Shown here piece by piece: positions 50,400 to 56,705 of a stretch of 56,705 bases of DNA. The stretch lies in contig DF237528.1 of NCBI GenBank assembly GCA_000708835.1, forward strand, positions 1-56,705, read 5' to 3'. The DNA is from Klebsormidium nitens (Eukaryota > Plantae > Klebsormidiophyceae). The position numbers and the translations under genes are program-made. The notes under the pieces were generated by a model that was not told where the DNA came from, did not search any database, and was given only the letters and a program-made list of their open reading frames with translations. How positions within the stretch are numbered: position 1 is the first letter of the stretch; each line of letters begins with the position of its first letter.

Positions 50400-51280
50400 T
50401 TGCGTAGGTAAAGTACCGACTTGGTAGTTATCAAGGGAATAAGATGGCTATGACGATCTGGACATAAGTGACGGGCACGGCAATGTACATATAGTTCACA
50501 TTGTATGGTCTTTCGATCATGCTGCTCAGTGAGTTGGGCCGGGTCAATTGCATGCACGTCACTTGTGCACACATTCATGATCATAGTCGAGTTGTTGATC
50601 AGCTGTATAAAAAGGTGAATGATCGATGTTGTTCCGGGCCCATGGTCACGATCACCGACTGATCTGCTATATGGACGATATTGCCGAAACTATTTTCCAG
50701 TAATAGAGTCACATGGGCCGGCCGCCCATCCATAGATGTACCGCGTACTAAAATGAAGGCAACAGTAAAAAGTTTTACATTCTCGAACGGTCACGGTAGT
50801 GATCGAGTTTGTCAGATACACGAGTATGTATTGTATGTGGTGCCCATGCATGCATCAAATATCTCATGTGCTTGAGACATCCGATCGCGAAATGCTAAGT
50901 ACTATATATATAATTGAACATGCATGGGTCATATTGAACCCTATAGCATAGAGTACGTTGTCAAGAGGTACCTAGCTACTGAGCTTGCAACTGGCCGGCC
51001 GGCCGGCCGGGCCGACCGTGGGCGCGGCCTTAAGTTCGACGATCTTGAGTCCTCTACCGTCGGACTGCTCATATGGTGAAGCCTAGTTTTTCATTCGCAT
51101 GTTCGGTCGCCCGCCGAGCCGTGCTGCATTGAACAGTCATTGTTTGCAGGATAAGGTCCAATAGAGATTCCTATTCAGCTGCCAGGAGCTAGGCCGTATG
51201 CATGCACATATTGTTTTTGCATGCATGCCATGCAATTGTGTGGGCCATGATCGATTGGACCTCAGCGCTTTAACTTGGAA
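50400..51280. other. Palindrome-word-rich island between convergent SG1-like and NTF2-like genes
   Basis: CATG/GATC/GTAC-rich; (GGCC)n run at 50993-51010. Confidence 0.6.
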
Positions 51281-51941
51281 ACTTGAAACTTCTTAAAACT
51301 CAACTGGCAAGCCACCTAGCTAGAGCATATAAAGGTCATAAAGGCACGACCATCTGTGTGAACCATGACAACCGCTTGAAATTGTCGCTTGTATCTGAGA
51401 CGGTAGTCAAGCGGGGCAAGCTAGCCGAGCGGGGAATTCTTGCAATGCAATTGCAAATCAAAATTGAAATTAGAAGACAGACTTGACTTGTAGATCAAGT
51501 GTTTGTCTTTCTGTCACTGCAACGGGCCGATTGCTGTCACAAGAACCTGTTGCCAGGAGGGCTCGATCGATCTCACATTAAGGTGCAATGTCTAAGTTCT
51601 TTAGAAAATAACAATGATATGTTGTGTTCCACAGGAATAACTTAAACTTATACCAAGCTCTGTCAAGCCGCACGCAAGCGATGCAAAGTAATAGTTGCTT
51701 CTTATAAGTTCTTTCAAGTAAGGGCCTGCTATCAAGAACTTGCATGCGCAGCGTCTCGTGGGTTTCCAGCCCAGCTCAACCCAGTTTGCTAGATCTTTAC
51801 CGTAGCCTCGGCAAGTCTCTCACCCGCAGCGAACTACATACTTCACATCGAAACCACCTCGAAACCACAGATGTAAAGACCAGATAAGTGCACCATCACA
51901 CCATAAATAAGTTCATAACAGCTTGCTTAAGACTCAGTGCT

Positions 51942-54900
51942 CTACTGGGCGGCAACGGCGGCTGCGGCAGGTGCGGGCGGCACGGGCGTGTTGGGCTCTG
52001 CGGACATGACCCACAGCAGCTTCCACTTCTCCTCGGCGCCGTCCAGGCTCCAGATGGCCAGCCGCTTGCCGGCCTCCACCACCTACAATAGTATAATCAC
52101 AATAATGAATCACAACGCCTACGCAAGAGGCGTTGGCCCAAAGTCTCGTGTGAGTGCCACATCGCACTAGGTTCATTCCTCTGTCGAAGTTTGGGCTTTG
52201 TGGTTTTCATGAACGGCCGGTTGTAACCCGACCGTCGAGCAACCAGACTGCCTTGTATCGAGAACCGCTTTCCGGCCCTCCCCTCTTGCAGGGGCGCACG
52301 GATCCTCGGTCAGGGGTTGGGTTAGGTGTCTGCTTAGAGGTGTACCTCTGATTCAGCCTTTTTGCCCCCTGCGAATATTGCTGAGGGGTTGACTCGCCTT
52401 GTTGCTAGTTGTAGTCCTCAGGAGAACCCTCGGTCAGGGGTTGGGTTAGGTGTCTGCTTAGAGGTGTACCTCTGATTCAGCCTTTTTGCCCCCTGCGAAT
52501 ATTGCTGAGGGGTTGACTCGCCTTGTTGCTAGTTGTAGTCCTCAGGAGAACCCATCTAGCATACAGCCACCACATACTAACAGTTGCATCTCACAAATGC
52601 GACCTGATCCGCAATCGTGATTGGAGTGGTTGGTCGACAGAAACTCCATAATTGTCGGAGACTGGCAATGCTAGCCTTGGCCTTGCGTACCTTGCCGCCC
52701 TCCACCTCCTCGATGGAGTACGAGTCGCGCTCCACAAGCACACCGTATGGGACGCCCACAAACGACTCGCGCGTGTCCGCCTTCTTCATGCCCAAGTGCG
52801 TCTTGGCCAGCTGCAGGGCGGAGAATCATGTAAGAAGTCAACGTCACCTTGGGATGGGCACGTTGCGATTGGTACTTACCCTAGAGGCTAGGGTCAATGT
52901 CGAAATAGAAACCCAGCTGAGCTGATGTCCTTGAATACGTGCAAGGGAACAGGCGAAACAATTCTTTGTTCAACTGACTCACCGACAAAGTCGTTCAAGT
53001 ATTGAAGCCCCTGAACTTGACAATTTGAGGCTAGTCCAGTTCTGCCGGTTCTGCCGGCTGGAATCCACCCATGGCCATCAGAACCTTTCATGTCAGGGTT
53101 TTAGGGACCATGCCACTTCCACGATTTAATTTAGGAAGTTGACGCGACCAGACAACGCATTGGGCGGCGAGAAGAGAAACTGGAAGAGGCGCTTCCTCTT
53201 GCCTTCGAGGCATAAAGAACAATTTCATTATAGCTTCAAGCGTTACAACATCCAAACTGCGGCAGGTGAGCCTACACAGTGTGAGCCACCAGAAAGGTGG
53301 CTTGGAAAGTTTGGCCCTTGTTGTGCCCCCCACTACAAATCTCTTCACGCAGAGCTGAAGCAGCAAATACACAGATGACAGTCACTACTAACGCTCCCTC
53401 ACCGCGATCGCGAGCTGCATCTCGCTCTCCTTCTTCTTCTTGTCGGCCTTGTTGACCTTTTGCGCGGGCGGCAGCGCGACCTGCAGGATCTCGTCCACCG
53501 TCGTGGTGATGCGCAGCTTCTTCTCCGACAGCTGCTGCACCCACTGGATCAGCGCAGGGCCCTTGCCCACCAGCCACTCCCCGCCGTCGATGCACCACCT
53601 GGCAGCACAGCGCAAAACATTTAAGCTTTGCTTTGGGTCTTCGTTTCGGAGTTACAGCAATGCTTTGGCAGAAGGAGTGTAAGCCCTGAACTTCTTTAAA
53701 CAGAAGGGGCCCTTGCCTATCAGCCAGTCCCCGCCGTCAATGCACCACCTGGCAGCGCAGCGTCCAGTATTATTAGCATAATCAACATTCAGGAATCTGG
53801 ATACAAGAATTGTAGGTCTAGGGTCATCGCATTGGTTGTCAGCAGAGTTTTGGGCCCTAAATTTCTCATAAGATGGGGTTGAGAACGACAGGTTTGGACT
53901 AACAATGAGAAGACTTCTTCAAGCCCTTGCCTATCAGCCAGTCCCCACCGTCAATGCACCACCTGACAGCACATCGCACGACACTTTTTGAGATCTTCAG
54001 GATTATGGACTGAAGAGTTACAGTAGTGATTCAGCAGGATTACGAGCCATTAAGTTCTTTGCAAACAGGGCCCTTGCCCACCAGCTAGTCCCTGGCTTCG
54101 ATGGACCACCTGGCAGCACGGCGCAAACCGGGTTTGAGGCGCTTAGGGTCTAGGGTTTTGGGGTTGTAGCGGTGGTTTGTCAGCAGAGTCCTCAGCTGTC
54201 AATGGGGTGAAAAGCAATGGGTTTGGACTGATGACACTATGACAAACCGGTCAAGCCCTCTGACAAGGAGGAACCTTGAAAGCAGGCTGCATCCCTCTGA
54301 CCAGAGGTGGGCATTTCTGGAAGAACAAGGCCAGCATTCAGGAAAATCACAAGCAGAAGCGATTGCTGAAGCCAGCTAAGCGCTGGTGGTCCGCACCAAA
54401 AGCAAGCTCTTGATGTTTGTGACTAAAAATCGAGCTAATGCGGCCAGCATTGTCTAAAAGGGTTTGACTGCCTGCATTGAAAAACTGAGCCCACAAGGGA
54501 AATTGCTTTTGCAACTGAAACCCAAACAGCGCTGAGAATGAGGCTTCCACATTGATGGGACTTCAAGGCGCCTATATCAATTGATCTCATGTGGGCTGTA
54601 CGAAGATCTCATGTGGGCTGTAAGAAGATTGACCCAGCTTAGAACAGGACAACATAGTCAGGGGGTGAAACGCAGCAGAAGCATTGCCAGGGATTCAATT
54701 GGATGTATTCTCGTCTGTAAGGCCAACAGGCGGCATTGCACTGTCGGCATTGCAGAACGCAAAATACCAGATCATGATCAGAGCTGTAGCAAGTAACGTG
54801 GCACTGCGCGACGGCATTGTTACAATCCCTAGCTTTCACATGGACCAATCGCGCTTGAAAGAAAAGAACAATCCTGGAAGGCTGCAATGTTGTCCTAAGA

Positions 54901-55607
54901 CTCCAAAGACTACTGGCTGGACTCTGGGCGCAATAGGAGCAGCTTTCTCAGCCATACACAAGTGCGCATAGCCAATTCAAGTACAATTGTCCTCCCACAC
55001 AGCAAAGGAAAATTCCTCACGCGCACAAGGTGATAAACTTTTCTGATACCAGCATTGTATCACATTGGGCAAATACGTTAACGCTGGTGCTCTTTCTCAA
55101 TCTGTATACTTCAGTTCAGGGACTCGCACTTGCAAGAAGCCCAGACAAGCTGGATGGGTATAGAATTGCATCAAAATGCAATGCATTGGGTCCTGGCAGA
55201 CCAAGCCTGACAATCTCATGCCCTGAAGATCATCTCTTCCAGCTCGAGAACCCTCCGACGAATTCCTCTACCAATATTCCAAAGCTCCAACCTTTCTTGA
55301 CAGGGTTGCGACCCAACCAGAGACTCGTCAAAGAGCAATGCTACTTTCTGCCTCAGCAGACCCCCCACCTGAGATCGTCTGAAAAGAGCTCCAAAGCCGC
55401 CTGCAGCTGCTTGGTTTGCACCGCATCGTTGAAAGCGATCCACTGCAGCTGGATGACCCCCTTGAGCAGCTCCGCGCCGCTCTCGGCCTTTGCTTCCTTG
55501 GCGCCCTTGTCGGCCTTGGCGGTGTCGTCCGCTTTGCCCGTCAGCTTGTTGAACAGCTTGGTGGCGTCCTTGCTACCGGCCGTCTTGAGCATCGACTTCA
55601 GATTCAT
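51942..55607 (-). CDS. Uncharacterised protein with probable NTF2-like/SnoaL (DUF4440-type) fold, 4 exons, 231 aa
   Basis: Exons 55369-55607, 53403-53598, 52691-52810, 51942-52082, GT-AG and in phase. FNDAV....L.AALELFSDD, LVERDSY, GKRLAIWSLDGAEEKWKLL resemble NTF2-like termini (fold is inference). Confidence 0.72.
52304..52553. repeat. Exact 124-bp tandem duplication (2 copies) in intron 3 of the NTF2-like gene
   Basis: CCTCGGTCAGGGGTTGGG...CTCAGGAGAACCC starts at 52304 and again at 52428. Confidence 0.95.
53556..54260 (-). repeat. Degenerate tandem array of four units, each carrying the exon-2 acceptor and first about 14 codons of the NTF2-like gene
   Basis: AG acceptors at 53599-53600 (real), 53749-53750, 53963-53964, 54110-54111. 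Confidence 0.9.
54583..54622. repeat. Short direct repeat GATCTCATGTGGGCTGTA x2 (period 22)
   Basis: Copies at 54583-54600 and 54605-54622. Confidence 0.85.
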
Positions 55608-56099
55608 CTTGGTGGGATGTGCGAGGGGGGGATGCAGAAAGTTGTTAGGTGAGATCTGGGGATGGGGCGGACAGGAAGCTGAGCAGGAGCGAAGAATGCC
55701 TTGAACTGATAGGGTTTTAGGGTGTAAGAGCAAAGGGGGAACGCAGCACAATGGAGAAAAGCACCTGAGTGAAGCAGCAGGCGAATCTGGATTCTGGAAG
55801 TTGGGAATTCGAAGCTGTTCTACTGTAGTCCTAGGTGAGTCTACGGTACGTTCTGCAGCTGAAACTTGGAACTTGGAAGATGCTCATCGGACTTGGTCAA
55901 CGCTGCTGCAATGCACCTCGTGTCACGTGTGTGCACTCCGCAGCCATCATCGACGAGTCGGAGAAGGGAGTCCAAACTCGAACTCATGAGAGACAAAGAA
56001 TCTGCGCTTCGAAGTTCGAACTCAATACGCCTGGCCCAGGTGGACAAGCCGGGTAGTCAACCCATCGCTTTTACTCTTGAAGACCAGCCGGTACAGTCC

Positions 56100-56480
56100 T
56101 AAGGATGCCCGGTGATTGCTTTCCAGCCCGTGTCGACAACGTGCCCGGTGCCGACGGTGGCCCGTGACTCGCGAATGACGACAGGCTCACGTGTCGGCAG
56201 CATTCAATCATTGGCAGGGGGATCATCAGGGATATTCGACGCGGCGGCTTACAGGCGCTTCCGAGTCAAACCCGTAAATCCTGTCGCCGGGGATAGCCGC
56301 CTGGCCGGCCGCGCCCGTCGATCCTGGCCGGAAATGGCACGTAGACTCGGCCCCGGAACAGGCATATTAGGACATGAATATGCCATATGCCCAGTCGAAA
56401 AATCGGCAATATGCCATATGCCAAACCAGATTTTGAACAATATGCAATATGCCAAAGGCATATTACCAAAAATGCCCGTT
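56100..56480. other. Palindrome-rich island ending in an array of (A/C)ATATGCC motifs in both orientations
   Basis: GGCATATT 56361 and 56457; AATATGCC 56377, 56408, 56446; CATATGCC 56384, 56415; AATATGCA 56439. Confidence 0.75.
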
Positions 56481-56705
56481 TCTGAGCCCGGTAAAGCCCT
56501 ATTTGCGGTCGGAAGTCACTCTCAACAACCAAACGGAGAGTCTGAACCGGGCTGCCTGTTCTTGCATCAGGTTTTCTTTGAAAAGTACCCCTTGACTCGT
56601 TTGAGTCTCGTGGAAAATCAGGAACAGCAAAGGACCTATTCGAATGAGGTTTTGAAGGGGTTTTGAAGCTTTTATTTGTGATTTTCAATTGAGATCCAGT
56701 TTTAA

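Noticed and set aside
53095-54165. Isolated TTTTAGGG/TAGGG words (about 53100, 54145) as interstitial telomere
   Set aside because: Single or degenerate units only.
1-56705. CRISPR arrays, rRNA/tRNA genes, intact transposase or reverse transcriptase ORFs
   Set aside because: None recognised by eye; tRNAscan/Infernal and repeat searches were not run.

Overview
Left end of a eukaryotic chromosome or scaffold: telomere at 1-200, one assembly gap at 11494-11876, and 12 intron-rich protein genes with GC-rich exons. The gene set (IRX9L-like GT43, SG1-like plastid TPR protein, At3g52155-like SixA phosphatase, SFI1-type centriole protein) and the mixed TTTAGGG/TTTTAGGG telomere suggest a charophyte green alga such as Klebsormidium (inference). 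I spliced all genes by hand using GT-AG sites and phase checks: ARP2, SixA-like, two paralogous RING-CH/MARCH ligases, an Sfi1-repeat protein, GT43, RPB9, SDF2, PTAR1-like, SG1-like, an NTF2/SnoaL-like protein, and a 397-aa secreted protein that the ORF track shows only in fragments. That protein is the top candidate for novelty: signal peptide, two EGF-like modules (one Notch/Delta-type) and three tandem copies of a 6-Cys module I do not recognise, joined by Ser/Thr-Pro linkers and encoded largely on phase 1-1 exons. Other notable structure: a sharp 8-mer to 7-mer telomere repeat switch, near-perfect alternation of gene orientation, palindrome/hairpin-rich islands beside every gene 3' end, and degenerate intronic copies of exon boundaries in two genes. 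Family assignments come from motif recognition, not database searches.
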